Shown here: piece by piece, positions 29,790-41,164 of the stretch | How positions within the stretch are numbered: the stretch's first letter is position 1 | How the letters are laid out: every line of letters begins with the position of its first letter | Assembly: GCA_013416795.1 (NCBI GenBank) | Contig: RQSC01000001.1 | Coordinates: forward strand, 228,605 to 285,934 | Direction of reading: 5' to 3' | DNA length: 57,330 nucleotides | Source: Prasinococcaceae sp. CCMP 1430 | Taxonomy: Eukaryota > Plantae > Prasinodermophyta | Notes under the pieces: generated by a model | What the model saw: the letters and a program-made list of their open reading frames with translations, nothing else | Database searches by the model: none | What the model was told of the DNA's origin: nothing | Made by a program: the position numbers and the translations under genes

Positions 29790-32700
29790 CTACTTGAGCT
29801 TGGCGCGCACCTTCTCCAGAAGCTCGTCCGTCGAGGCCTTGGCGTCGCCAAGCAGCATTTCGGTGTTGTCCTTGTAGAAGAGGGGGTTGTCGGTGGCCGC
29901 GTACCCCTGCCCCAGCGAGCGCTTCATGACGATGCACTCTTTCGCGTCCCACACGCGCAGCACTGGCATCCCCGCCAGGCTGGAGTTGGGGTCCTCGAGC
30001 GCCGCCGAGTTGACGGTGTCGTTTGCGCCCACGACGAGCGCCAGATCGGCGTTCGCGAAGTCGTCGTTGATCTCCTCGAGCTCGAAGACGATGTCGTACG
30101 GCACCTTGGCCTCTGCGAGCAGCACGTTGAGCTGACCAGGCATCCTGCCCGCCACCGGATGAATCCCAAACGTGACCTCCTTGCCCGCGTCGCGCAGCGC
30201 CTTCACGATCTCCGCGAGCGGATACTGCGCCTTGGCCACCGCGAGGCCATACCCGGGCACAATCATCACCTTCTTGGTCTCGGGCGCGACCAGCTTGTCG
30301 ACGACGCCGTCCACCGTCGCGATGCTCGCCTCGCCCTCGATGGCCATAGCTTCGCCGCTGCCCGCGCTGGAGGTGCCCATCCGTCCCAGCACCACGTTGG
30401 GCAGCGAGCGGTTCATCGCCTCGCACATGATGTACGAGAGGATCGCGCCCGAGAAGCCAATGAGCGCGCCGACCACCGTGAGGAGGTTGTTGTCGAGCAC
30501 GAAGCCCTCCGTGCAGAGCGCCCAGCCGGAGTACGAGTTGAGCAGCGTGATCATGACTGGCATATCCGCTCCGCCGACCGAGGCGGTCATGTGCAGGCCC
30601 AGCGCGCCGCTGATGGCCGTGCCCGCGAGGAGCGTCTGCATGGCGAAGTCGTAGTCGCCCGTCTGCATGAAGGCGCCTCCCGCCGCGAGGACGGACAGCG
30701 CGGCCGCCCCGTTGAGGTAGTCGCGCCCCGGCAGCGCGAGGTCCTTCTTGATGAGGCCCTGCAGCTTGCCGAAGGCCACCAGCGAGCCGGTAAGCGTGAC
30801 GCTGCCGATGGCGGCGCCCAGGTAGATGGCGCCCTTGTGCACGCCGCCGAGGTCGTCCATCCCGCCCTCGGCCATGAGCGATGCGATGCTCGTGGCCGAC
30901 GCGGCAAAGCCAACCAGCGAGTGGAAGCCCGCCACCAGCTGCGGCAGCGAGGTGATCTCGACCTTTTTCGCGACGCCCACGCCGACCGCCCCGCCCACGC
31001 CCAGCGCGCCCGCCATCTGCGCGTAGAGCATCGGTTCGGCGGCGTCCACCGCGCCGAGCGACGCAGCCAGGCCGGTCGCCACGCCGATGGTGCCGAGCGC
31101 GTTGCCCAGGCGCGCGGTGTCCTGGCTGGCGAGCCCGCCGATGGCGCCGACGCACGACACGCCCGCCACGAGGTACGCCATCTGCGTGATCGACTCGGCG
31201 TTCGCATCCGAGGCCGCGGTGGTGACCAGCGCGGCGTAGCCCAGCACGGCAGCGAGCGCCGGCACGCCGTACAGCTCGCTGAAGTCCCGCGGGTCGGTGT
31301 CGCGCTTGAACATGTCGAGCATGCGCCCGGTCATGACGAAGCCGCCGCCGATGTTGACGCTCGACAGGGTGACCGCCGCGAGGCCCAGCGCGCCCTCGGG
31401 GCTCGCCGGCTGCAGGCCGCCGTCCATCATGGCCAGGCCGCCCACCGCCGTCATGCCGGAGATGGCGTTGGTCACAGACATGAGCGGCGAGTGCAACGCC
31501 GGGGTCACCCCCCACACGACGTTGTAGCCGGCTATTCCGGCGAGCGCGAACACGAGCATGGACGTGGAGAAGCCCGCGTCGGGCGTCACCGAGCCGATCG
31601 CCAGCAGCGCGAGCGCGCCGGCGGTGAGCGCGCCCGCGGTGGCGACGGCCGCCGCGCGAGACTCGGCCTCCTCGCGCGCGAGGCGCTCCTCCTCAGTCTC
31701 GACGACCTCCGCCTCGACGGCGACCGCCTGCGCGGGCGCCGCGGGCGGCGGCGGCGGCGGGGGGGGGGGCGTGCGCACGCCCGCCTCGAGCACGAGCGCG
31801 CCGGCCACCACCGGGTCCGACTCGCGGTCGATGGCGAGCCTGCCCTTGGGCCCCATCGACTCCATCAGGTTGAAGATGTTGTTCGCGAAGAGCGAGCTGG
31901 ACTGCGTGGGCAGGCGGCTGGGCATGTCCGTGTAGCCGATGCACGTGACGCCGTTGGGCGTGACGATCTTCTCGCCGGCCACGGTGGTGGCGATGTTGCC
32001 CTCGGCCTCCGCGGCGAGGTCCACCGTGACAGAGCCGGGCTTCATCGACTCCACCATCTCCTTGGTGATCAGCAGCGGCGCCTTGCGGCCGGGGATGAGC
32101 GCCGTCGTGATGACGATGTCCACCTCCTTGCACTGCTCGGCGAAGAGGCGCATCTCTGCCTCGATGAACTCCTTCGACATCTCCTTCGAATAGCCGCCGA
32201 CGCCGGTGCCGTCCTCCTCCATGTCCGGGAAGACCCACTCGGCGCCCAGCGACTCCACCTGCTCCTGCACGACGGGGCGGGTGTCGAAGCAGCGCACGAT
32301 GGCGCCGAGCGCCTTGGCCTGGCCGATGGCGGCAAGGCCGGCCACGCCGGCGCCGATGACGAGCACCTTGGCGGGCGGCACGCGGCCCGCCATGGTCATC
32401 TGGCCGCCGAAGAACCGGCCGAACTCCGCGGCGGCCTCGACGACCGCCCTGTACCCCGACACGTTGGTCATGGACGACAGGACGTCGTACGCCTGGGCGC
32501 GCGAGATGGTGCGGGGCACCTTGTCGAGCGCCAGCGCGGAGATGGAGCGATCCGCGAGCGCCTTCACGAGCTCTTCGTTGGTGTCGGGCTTGAGCATCGA
32601 GATGAGCGTCCCGCCTGCGCGCAGCGCGCCGACCTCCTCGAGCGTGGGCGGATTGATCTTCAGGACCACGTCCGCGGCGAGCGCGCGGGCGGTGTCGACG

Positions 32701-33004
32701 ATCTTGGCTCCCGCTCCGGCGAACGCCTCGTCGGAGAAGCCCGCGAGCGCCCCCGCGCCGGCCTCCACCTCGACGGTGTAGCCCTGGGCGGCGAACTTGG
32801 CGACGGTGTCGGGCGTGGCCGCGACGCGGCGCTCGCCATCGCCGCGCTCGCGCGGCACGCCGAGCGTGAGGCACGAGGCGGGGAGGCCCGCGGGCGGCTC
32901 GGCGCTCTCCGCCTCGAAGGCGTCGTCGCCGACCGCGCACTCCTCGGGGGCGCCGAGCGGCCCCGGCCAGCGCGGCACCTCGGCGGACGCCGCGTCCGCG
33001 CGCG
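29790..33004 (-). CDS. NNT: NAD(P) transhydrogenase, fused alpha-beta (dI-dII-dIII); 5' end in gap
   Basis: GVPRE...[75 protein letters not shown]. Confidence 0.96.
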
Positions 33005-33600
33005 NNNNNNNNNNNNNNNNNNNNNNNNNNNNNNNNNNNNNNNNNNNNNNNNNNNNNNNNNNNNNNNNNNNNNNNNNNNNNNNNNNNNNNNNNNNNNNNN
33101 NNNNNNNNNNNNNNNNNNNNNNNNNNNNNNNNNNNNNNNNNNNNNNNNNNNNNNNNNNNNNNNNNNNNNNNNNNNNNNNNNNNNNNNNNNNNNNNNNNNN
33201 NNNNNNNNNNNNNNNNNNNNNNNNNNNNNNNNNNNNNNNNNNNNNNNNNNNNNNNNNNNNNNNNNNNNNNNNNNNNNNNNNNNNNNNNNNNNNNNNNNNN
33301 NNNNNNNNNNNNNNNNNNNNNNNNNNNNNNNNNNNNNNNNNNNNNNNNNNNNNNNNNNNNNNNNNNNNNNNNNNNNNNNNNNNNNNNNNNNNNNNNNNNN
33401 NNNNNNNNNNNNNNNNNNNNNNNNNNNNNNNNNNNNNNNNNNNNNNNNNNNNNNNNNNNNNNNNNNNNNNNNNNNNNNNNNNNNNNNNNNNNNNNNNNNN
33501 NNNNNNNNNNNNNNNNNNNNNNNNNNNNNNNNNNNNNNNNNNNNNNNNNNNNNNNNNNNNNNNNNNNNNNNNNNNNNNNNNNNNNNNNNNNNNNNNNNNN
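33005..33600. other. Assembly gap (596 N)
   Basis: Run of N. Confidence 0.99.
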
Positions 33601-33977
33601 AGATCTCGCGAACAGGGAAGCGAATGCGATGCGATGAAGGTACAGTACCTTCATCTTTCAGCAGCAGATGCAATTTGATGTGCCTTTCGTCTTTGAGCAC
33701 ATGCAATTTGATGGTGCCTTTTATTTTTATCTCTCGTCGCGCGGCGAGGGGGGGGGGGCGCGCGGCGGGGGTGAGGCCCTCTGGCCCGCGCTCGCGCTCG
33801 CCCGTCCCACCGCGTGCGGGACCCGAGGCAGGGCGGGGGGCGGGGAAGACGGCGCGCCGCGCCTCCTCGCCGCGCGAGCGCCGCGTGGGGAGGGGGGGTT
33901 CGGCGCGCGAAGTGGTGGCGGAGGGGAAACGGGACCCGCCGCGCCGCTCCGCCTCGTGAGACGCCGCCGCGTTCGCG

Positions 33978-34799
33978 TCACGGCGGCCCCTCGCCGCGGC
34001 GCAGGTGGTAGGCGTCGTACCGGTCGCCGCCCTCGGACGCCGTGCCGCTGCCGATGGTGCCGATGCCGAGGTAGCCGAGGGCCGCCGCCGCCACGGCTGC
34101 CACTCCGGACAGCCCCGGCGCGCGCGGGGCGGCGCCCCCGCCCGACATTCTCCCAATCCCTTCGCGCAGCGACTTGAGCACGCGCGCCTCGCCTGGCATG
34201 GTGAGCAGGCCCTCCGACAGGCCGCACCGGGTGACGCGCACCAGCACGGCCCCTACGGGCGCCTCAGCGGCCAAGGCTTCCACGCGCAGGTCGCCCACGG
34301 CGGACACCCCGCTGTCGGTCACGCTGACGGCGGCGAGGCGCACCGCGCCGCTGGGCAAAGTGTCCACCTGAATGGGCATGGGCAGGGGCAGTTCGCTTCC
34401 GAACGCGAGCGTCTGCGCCCACTGCTGCAGCCACGCCGCGAGGCTCTCGACCCTGTCCGCGGCGGTCGGCAGCTCCAGACACAGCTCGCACGCCACTGAG
34501 CTGGGCACGAGCTTTCCCTCCGCCGCATCGGCGCCCAGCGCGTGGGTACCCAGCCCCGCACTGGGTACAGCCTTGTCGTACGCCGCACGGCTTGCTCGGC
34601 TCCCGAGCACCTGCCAGGCCTCAACTGCCGCTGCGGCTGCCTCGGCGTCGCCGCCAGCGTCCGGATGCACTCGGCGCATGGTGGCCCGGTACGCGGCACG
34701 AAGCTCCTCCGGCGCTGCGCCGCGCGACACCCCCAACGCTGCGTAGTGGTCCAGCTGCCCCGCCGACGCCCGCCGCGCCGCCTCGAGCGCCTCTGCCTT
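33978..34799 (-). CDS. J-domain (DnaJ) protein with an uncharacterised C-terminal domain; 5' structure unresolved
   Basis: DHYAALGV...AYRATMRRVHPD...AWQVLG...RAAYD; in-frame TGA at 34811-34809 and no ATG, so an upstream exon was probably lost at N34906. Confidence 0.8.
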   Translation of the reverse strand, partial: KAEALEAARRASAGQLDHYAALGVSRGAAPEELRAAYRATMRRVHPDAGGDAEAAAAAVEAWQVLGSRASRAAYDKAVPSAGLGTHALGADAAEGKLVPSSVACELCLELPTAADRVESLAAWLQQWAQTLAFGSELPLPMPIQVDTLPSGAVRLAAVSVTDSGVSAVGDLRVEALAAEAPVGAVLVRVTRCGLSEGLLTMPGEARVLKSLREGIGRMSGGGAAPRAPGLSGVAAVAAAALGYLGIGTIGSGTASEGGDRYDAYHLRRGEGPP

Positions 34800-34898
34800 T
34801 CGCCCGGCTCAAAGACCCCCCGCGAGAGCATCGTCGCCGGCGCCGAGGGCGTCGTGCTCGGCAGCTCCCACCCGTGGCGAGGGGGGTCGGCGGGGAGA

Positions 34899-34906
34899 GG
34901 GGGGGN

Positions 34907-34946
<40 letters not shown>
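34899..34946. repeat. Poly-G tract containing a single-N join at 34906
   Basis: Directly visible; likely a contig end. Confidence 0.9.
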
Positions 34947-35106
34947 CGACAACCGCCTCTGCGGCGCTGCCCGCGGGCGCCGCCGCATCGCCGGGAAGCG
35001 CGACCGACGTCGGCGGCGCCGCCATCAAAATGAGTGCGAACCTCACTTGTGGGGTTTTGAGCGCATATTTGTATACGCTTGAATTTGCGGCTTTCTCGCT
35101 TTTCGG

Positions 35107-35179
35107 GGGGGAGTAGCTCAATTGGCAGAGCGCGTCATTCGCATTGACGAGGCACCGGGATCGAAACCCGGCTTCTCCA
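35107..35179 (+). tRNA. tRNA-Ala (anticodon CGC), cytosolic type, intronless
   Basis: 73 nt; acceptor GGGGGAG/CTTCTCC with G3:U70; anticodon arm CGTCA-TTCGCAT-TGACG; T arm CCGGG-ATCGAAA-CCCGG. Confidence 0.95.
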
Positions 35180-35308
35180 TTTCGCGGGCGGACCCCGCCT
35201 TCGCGCCGCTCCAGGCCGGCGGCCCGCGAACGACCGCGCGCGCGGCGTGTGCTGTGTGGCGACGGCACGTCCGCCTTCGCGCGACATATCACATCGGACA
35301 GGATCTCG

Positions 35309-35478
35309 TTTGGAGCCCGGACGGCTCCAAACACTACGGGTTCGAGCCCGGAGGGCTCCAAACATTGCAGGTTGGAGCCCGGCCGGAGGGCTCCAAACAC
35401 TACGGGTTGGAGCCCGGAGGGCTCCAAACATTGCTGGTTGGAGCCCGGCCGGAGGGCTCCAAACACTACGGGTTGGAG
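35309..35478. repeat. Tandem array of 5.5 palindromes TTGGAGCCC-loop-GGGCTCCAA with alternating 10-nt spacers (66-bp higher-order period)
   Basis: Hairpins start at 35309, 35341, 35372, 35407, 35438, partial 35473; spacers alternate ACACTACGGG and ACATTGCWGG. Confidence 0.92.
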
Positions 35479-36701
35479 AGTCAACACGAGGCCGACGAGG
35501 CTGGCGGACGAGCACGGCGAGGCTGTGCCCTGGCAGTTGAATGGTATCGACTGGGGCGTGTTCATGCTGAAGATTGCATATGAGTGACTACCAACCGCTC
35601 TGATCGAGGTTTCGAAACGCGCTCCATCAAAACTTGGATGCGAGCGAGCGCCAGGATCGGACGCTCGCTCGATCGATGGGTTCGAGGCTCGCCACCCGCC
35701 GAATCGATCGATTCGATCGAGGCTCGTTTCAGATTCTCCGGATTCGGTCGCTTTCGCGCGCCGACGCCGTAACTCGTAACCCCAATGCGACGGCGCGCCA
35801 TCAAAACGCACGCGGGGCGGGCGGCGGCGCGCGCGCCGAGCGGTTGCGCGGGGCGGGTGGGTTTGCCCCCTTCATCAATTCCAAACCGCGATGGGCGCCG
35901 GTGTCAGGGGCGCGGCGTCGGAGGCGACGACGGCGGGCGCGTGCGCCGCAGCCGCTGAGGACCCGGACACAACGGCCGAAAGCTCCGCGCCCGTCGAGGC
36001 CAACGGGTTGCGGATGCGCGCGCGTCCGCGCGCGCAGGGGCAGGCCGACGAAGCGTCACACCCGTCCACAAGCGGGTGCGGGGAAGGTGTGCTCCTACGC
36101 TGCAGGGTCCCGAGTGGCACTGCGGCAGCGGAAGCAGACAGTGGACATGGGGCCCGCGACAGGTGAGCGCATGCGTGCGCGTGCGCGTTTGTCTGGACAA
36201 GGCGCATGTGCCGGTGTCGTCCTCCACGTGCTCACGCATGCGCGGACGCCCACACGTGTGCCCCCTGTGCACCCGCTTGCGCACCCTCCCCGGCTACCGA
36301 CGCCTATCCACTCTGGCACGCGCAGGCACACGCGCACCTTTCCCTCGGACCCAACGCCCTCGACGCCCCCGCGCCACGTTTCTACACTGAAGACGAGACT
36401 GCGCGCTTTGGTCGCGAGCGTGTACCGCTCCGGGCAGGCATTCGCTCCTTTCGCGACCAGGTTCGTCGCGGCCGTCGCAGATGCCAGGCCGCCAGGTCGA
36501 TACAACTGCTTTTTTGCCAAGCGTTGCGAGCGCGCTGGCTAGAGCTGGCCCGCTCACGCGCCAACGCGCCGCGGACGGTCGACGGCAGCGCGCGCGAGAG
36601 GGTGGGTGGTGGGTGGGTGCGTGTGTGGGATCTCTTGCGGCGCTCTGACGCACGCAGCTGCGACGTGCCGCCTCGTACGGCGCTCACACAATTGCAGCTT
36701 C

Positions 36702-38807
36702 ATGCAGCTTGCAGCTTGCTTTGGCGTCGTGTATTGGGTGCAGGAGGCGATTCTCGCGCACTGGAGGGAAAGCGGGACGACGATGGCCACCGAGGGTGTG
36801 TGGGAGGTGCCAAGCCTGCCCCTGCTCGACGTGCCCAAGATGCTATGCCTGTCGCTGGCGTGGTCAATCATGTACCACGCCGACCACTTCGAGTCGCTGC
36901 TAGGGCTCGCCTTCGAGAGCGCCGCAGACGAGCAGCGCTATGTCTACCATCAGACCATGTACGCACGAAACGAGGTTGAGGCGATTGGCAACGTGCTCGT
37001 GGGCGCTCTGCAGTTGTATGACGTGTACGTGTCCTATCGGCCGTCGGTGCTCTGGATTGTTCTCAACCTCGTGCACCGCGCGGGGCGCGTGGTGAGGACG
37101 ACGAGACTACTACTCGCGCTGGTGCGTCTCGACACTTCGACCCTGAGCAAGTACACCTACACGACTCTCATCTCGCCGACGTTCGAAGCCTGCGTGAGGA
37201 CGCCGGGGAAAAGCACAGTCTACGTGGAGGGCCTCTGCTTGCGCGCCAAGCCGCTCAACTTCGTGAGGGCCGTATACCTCTTCTGGTTTCCTTTGTACTG
37301 GTCACTGACGTCGACTGAGACGTACTTGAGCGACAAGGTACTGGTGCACCTGGACGTAGTTTCCACGCCCGTTGTTCTCTTGCTGGTGCCCGGCATGCAG
37401 TACGTCGATGTGGTGGCCTACCGGCTCGTGATGCTGAGCACCTGGGGAGCGTACCACTACAAGGACGCCGTCTTCCTCTTGTCTTGTGTGGGGACCCTTA
37501 TTTTGCTCTATCTCTTCAAGAGGATCGAGCGCGAGTGCTGGCTTTCCGAGTCCAAACTCAACGGGCGACTCAGCACCGCCCTCGCATTCCTGTCGCACGA
37601 GACGCGAAATCAGATCGTGCCCTCGTTGGCCATTGTCGAAGGGGAGCGCTTTCAGAACGAATCCGACAAGGACGCGGTCATCGCCGCGCTGTCAACGGTG
37701 GATGGCATTTTGTCGAACGTGCTCACAATGGCGAAGGTAAGCTCCGAGGCTGCGCCGTTCCCTGCGCGCGCCTTTGCCGTGCGCCAGTGGGTCGAGGCCG
37801 CGTCATCGGCGGGCCACCGTTGCGTCAACCCCGGCGTGAAGTTCAAGCTCACGTGCGACGCGCCGGTGCCGTTGCTTGCCGAGGACATCGCGCGCGCCAG
37901 TCAGGGCGAGTCGGATCATCGCTCGGATGGCGGGGGGGAGGGGCAGGTGCTTTGGGCGACGGGATCAATGGCGGCGCTCACGCAGGTGGTGACAAACGCG
38001 CTGTCCAACGCGTGCAAGTTTACGCATGAAGGCACTGTGACACTCTCATGGGAGGTGCGGCCGCAGGGACCGGCAATGCTCAGTTTTGTTGTCAAGTGCA
38101 CAGACACTGGCTCTGGCATACCCGCCGACGAAATGCCGGGCTTGCTGGACGATTTCGGGCGCGTGCGTAAGTCTACCAAGCCGGGTGAGGGTACTGGGCT
38201 TGGCCTACCGCTCGCCAAACGCATGATGGAGAGGATGGGCGGGACGTTTGAGCTGACCTCGGCGCCGGGCGTCGGCACGGAGGTCGCAATGTCAATCGTG
38301 CTCCCGCGTGCACGCGGTCCCGCGGACGGCACCGCGGCGGCCCTGGCGAGCCTGGTGTGCTGTATCCACCCGCCCGCCATCGGCAGCGTGCGCGCGGACT
38401 GTCTGTGCGTCGATGACTCCAAGCTGTGCCGAATGGTGTACGAACGCACGCTGAAGAAGGCGGGATTCAGCGTGCGGCTCGCTGAGTCGGGCCACGCGGC
38501 GCTCGCGTCCATCAAAGCGGGCGCTCGCTACGAGCTCATCTTCATGGACATGGACATGCCAGAGCTCGACGGCTGCCGCACGACGCTGCAGATTCGGCGC
38601 TTGTCCTACAGCGGCGCCATCATGCTTGTGACTGGCAACAACTTCTCGGCGCAGGAGCGTGTTGACATGTGCCACAAGTACGGGCTGGACCACATCTTCA
38701 CCAAGGGCGCCTCGCCGGACTGGCGAGACCTCGTCGCCGCGTGGCGTCGAGACCGCGAGGCCCGCGGCGCCGATCACAGAGGAGCGGAGAGGAACGACGC
38801 AGCGTGA
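36702..38807 (+). CDS. Membrane hybrid histidine kinase (TM region-HisKA-HATPase-receiver); upstream exons between 35891 and 36600 possible but unresolved
   Basis: H-box FLSHETRN, N-box TNALSNACKFT, DTGSGIP, GTGLGL; receiver VDDS...FMDMDMP...VTG...TK. Confidence 0.9.
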   Translation: MQLAACFGVVYWVQEAILAHWRESGTTMATEGVWEVPSLPLLDVPKMLCLSLAWSIMYHADHFESLLGLAFESAADEQRYVYHQTMYARNEVEAIGNVLVGALQLYDVYVSYRPSVLWIVLNLVHRAGRVVRTTRLLLALVRLDTSTLSKYTYTTLISPTFEACVRTPGKSTVYVEGLCLRAKPLNFVRAVYLFWFPLYWSLTSTETYLSDKVLVHLDVVSTPVVLLLVPGMQYVDVVAYRLVMLSTWGAYHYKDAVFLLSCVGTLILLYLFKRIERECWLSESKLNGRLSTALAFLSHETRNQIVPSLAIVEGERFQNESDKDAVIAALSTVDGILSNVLTMAKVSSEAAPFPARAFAVRQWVEAASSAGHRCVNPGVKFKLTCDAPVPLLAEDIARASQGESDHRSDGGGEGQVLWATGSMAALTQVVTNALSNACKFTHEGTVTLSWEVRPQGPAMLSFVVKCTDTGSGIPADEMPGLLDDFGRVRKSTKPGEGTGLGLPLAKRMMERMGGTFELTSAPGVGTEVAMSIVLPRARGPADGTAAALASLVCCIHPPAIGSVRADCLCVDDSKLCRMVYERTLKKAGFSVRLAESGHAALASIKAGARYELIFMDMDMPELDGCRTTLQIRRLSYSGAIMLVTGNNFSAQERVDMCHKYGLDHIFTKGASPDWRDLVAAWRRDREARGADHRGAERNDAA

Positions 38808-39117
38808 CGGCCGAGGGAGGCGAAGCGATGACCACGGGGGACGCGCCGCCGTCGTCGCTTAGCGATTGCGGGGCAGCTCGCCAAGCCCAGGGCGGGCGGC
38901 GGCGCGGCGCGAGCAATCAATGTAATTACATCGGCATCTGTGCCTCGTGTGGTTGTTGTGTGCGTTTGTGCGCATTGGTGCTTCGAGCGCGCACGCCCGA
39001 GCGTGTGCGCGCATGCCTGTGGGATAATTCAGCTTTGACGTTTCGTCGGAGGAGCGGGTTGTCGCGAGTGAACGAGCCAACGGCGGCCAAGGAGCGCTCG
39101 CCCTCGCGCCCTCGCTT

Positions 39118-40644
39118 TCAGGTGGTGGTGGCCAGGCAGGCGTCCTCCGTCGCGAATGTCGCCCCCACTGCGCTGCAGCACAGATCATTGCCTTCCGCCC
39201 CTCCGGCCATGTGCCCGATTGTAGGGTCAACGGCGTAGAGCATGCAAACGGGCCCGAGGAAGACGAAGAAGTGCCATACCTGGTGCGAGTGCAGCCAGTA
39301 GTCGAATGCACCGGGTGCGAACCGCTCGGGGGCCTTGCTGATGTAGAACACTAGGCCTACCGCGTAGCAGCCGAGATTTGCAAGTATGCCAACGGTGATG
39401 CGAGAGCCAGTGTCGATCTCGAAGAGGCCGTGAGACCAATTGGTGACAAAGTAGTGCCCTACAGGGAACACGCTCGAAGCCACTGCGCCAACGAACGAGC
39501 TCGTGGCAAGCGCGAAGTTGTCACGCAGCGCGGGAACCGTTGTCACCGCGCCCAGCCAGCCGCACACGAGCGTGATCATCACGCAGTACCCCACACGCAC
39601 CGTCGGCGAGCACCGAAATGCGGCCCACAGCGCGATGTAGAAGGATGTGAGGATCGAAGAAACAATGCCAACTAAGTCACATGAATACAGCTTGTCGTAT
39701 GTGGCTCTGCCGCCCACGCAGAGGAACAGGTGGTAGCCGGTGCTGGCGAGCAACGTGAACGAGCAGCCAATGACAAAGAGCGCCACTAGTGCGGCCTCTA
39801 TGCCCACCAGGCGCACGGGGCGATTTGCCACAAAGTTGGCAGAAGCGACGAGAAACGCAACAAGACCTAGAGCGTGCGTCAGCACGTTGCCCGTCTCGTT
39901 CTGCGCGCGAGAGTATGCGAGGACAGGCGCGCGGCGCGCCCGAGCGGGCGCGAGTCAGCGCGTGCAGGCTCGTGGTGAGAACACAGCGAGGGCGCGAGCG
40001 CCTTCGGGGCACAAATCAGCTGGACTCAATCCCCGGCAGTCCCGGGCGGCGGCCTCCTGCCGGCGACTCAACGCCCGGGCCGCCTCAGAGGCCACGTGCG
40101 AATAGCCTCGTGCTCACGGGCGCGCTATCGCGCGCGGACGCGACCGCGTCTCGCCACGCACATGTAGGTACGCCATGCTGCGCAGTGCCTGTGTCCAAGT
40201 CATGGTGCGCCTATACCCGCCTAGGATGTGGTCCCGGCGGAGGTATTCGGGCGTGTCGCCGATGCCCACGAGCAGCGAAGAGGAGGCCTCGTCAGTTCTT
40301 CCCTTGACTGGAGCATCACTGACGCCATGCCAATCGATGTCATACCCGATCAGGCCGAAGCTCATGCAACATAGGCACGCACGCCCCCAGCTGCGCCGCT
40401 CGTAGGCGCGCTGGGCGGGTGAACGCGCGCCATGGTTAAGATGGACACCATAGGACGCATCCTCATCCGACCCCGATGCGTCTGATGTGCGCGCGCGTGC
40501 AAGTGGGCGGCGTCCGTTGCGGACACGGCGAGCGAGCGAGCGCAAGCGCGCGTGTGGATTCCGCGCGGCGTCACGCGCGAGAGCGAAGTACACATAAGTC
40601 AGCACCCCGTCCTCCTCACGACCAGAGCGAGTGTGCGAGGACAT
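39118..40644 (-). CDS. PAQR / haemolysin-III family 7-TM protein; exons 40644-40162 and 39900-39118 (a further 5' exon near 41040-40680 possible)
   Basis: HILGGYR...YLH|NETGNVLTH, STGYH, CDLVGI, PERFAPGAFD, SHQVWH; GTGCGT...GCAG intron 40161-39901. Confidence 0.9.
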
Positions 40645-41133
40645 GCATGCACGTGCGCTCAGTGGGACGCGCGCGTGCGCACGGAGGGTTCACCTTGGGT
40701 GCGTGAGCCTGCCGTCGATGCATCGCTGCGCATGCGCTCGACTAGCGGAGCCCGCCGCGCGCGAGGCCGCACACCGACGCCAGAAGACTGGTCGCAATAG
40801 CCTGCGCCGGCTCCCGCCACTGGATCGAGGAGCATCGACAGCGCCGAGTCCTCGCACGCCATTTTCCTGAGCGCGCTCGGGAGCGCGTCCTCGCGCAGCG
40901 AGTCTGGGGGTCTCCTGGACTGCTTCCCTGACCGCGTCCGATCGTCATCGTCGGTCCCGTTGCTGCTGCCATCGCTTCCACCCAACGCGGCGGAGTCCGT
41001 TAGGTGGTGTGGCTGCGCCCGCCCGCCGACGTCCCTGGCCATGGCAGCGGCCGCCTTGCCGCCCCGCATCCCCGTGAGGTGGCGTGCGGACCCTTCCCAA
41101 CCCACCCCTCTACCGCGCCGCGCTCCCGTGCTC

Positions 41134-41164
<31 letters not shown>

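Noticed and set aside
32978-33600. Duplicated dI domain at the NNT N-terminus
   Set aside because: The visible extension is not dI-like and the stated 596-nt gap is too small, unless the gap size is wrong.
29343-33959. 1538-aa plus-strand ORF, and similar long ORFs such as 4869..6950, 4658..5944 and 29746..31515
   Set aside because: Antisense or off-frame shadows of high-GC3 genes (NNT, SPP), some running through N gaps.
34809-34811. Selenocysteine or read-through at the in-frame TGA upstream of the J-domain
   Set aside because: No redox motif or SECIS evidence; a splice acceptor plus a lost upstream exon at N34906 is simpler.
35309-35478. CRISPR array
   Set aside because: Spacers are only 10 nt and repeat in alternation, there are no cas genes, and the context is eukaryotic.
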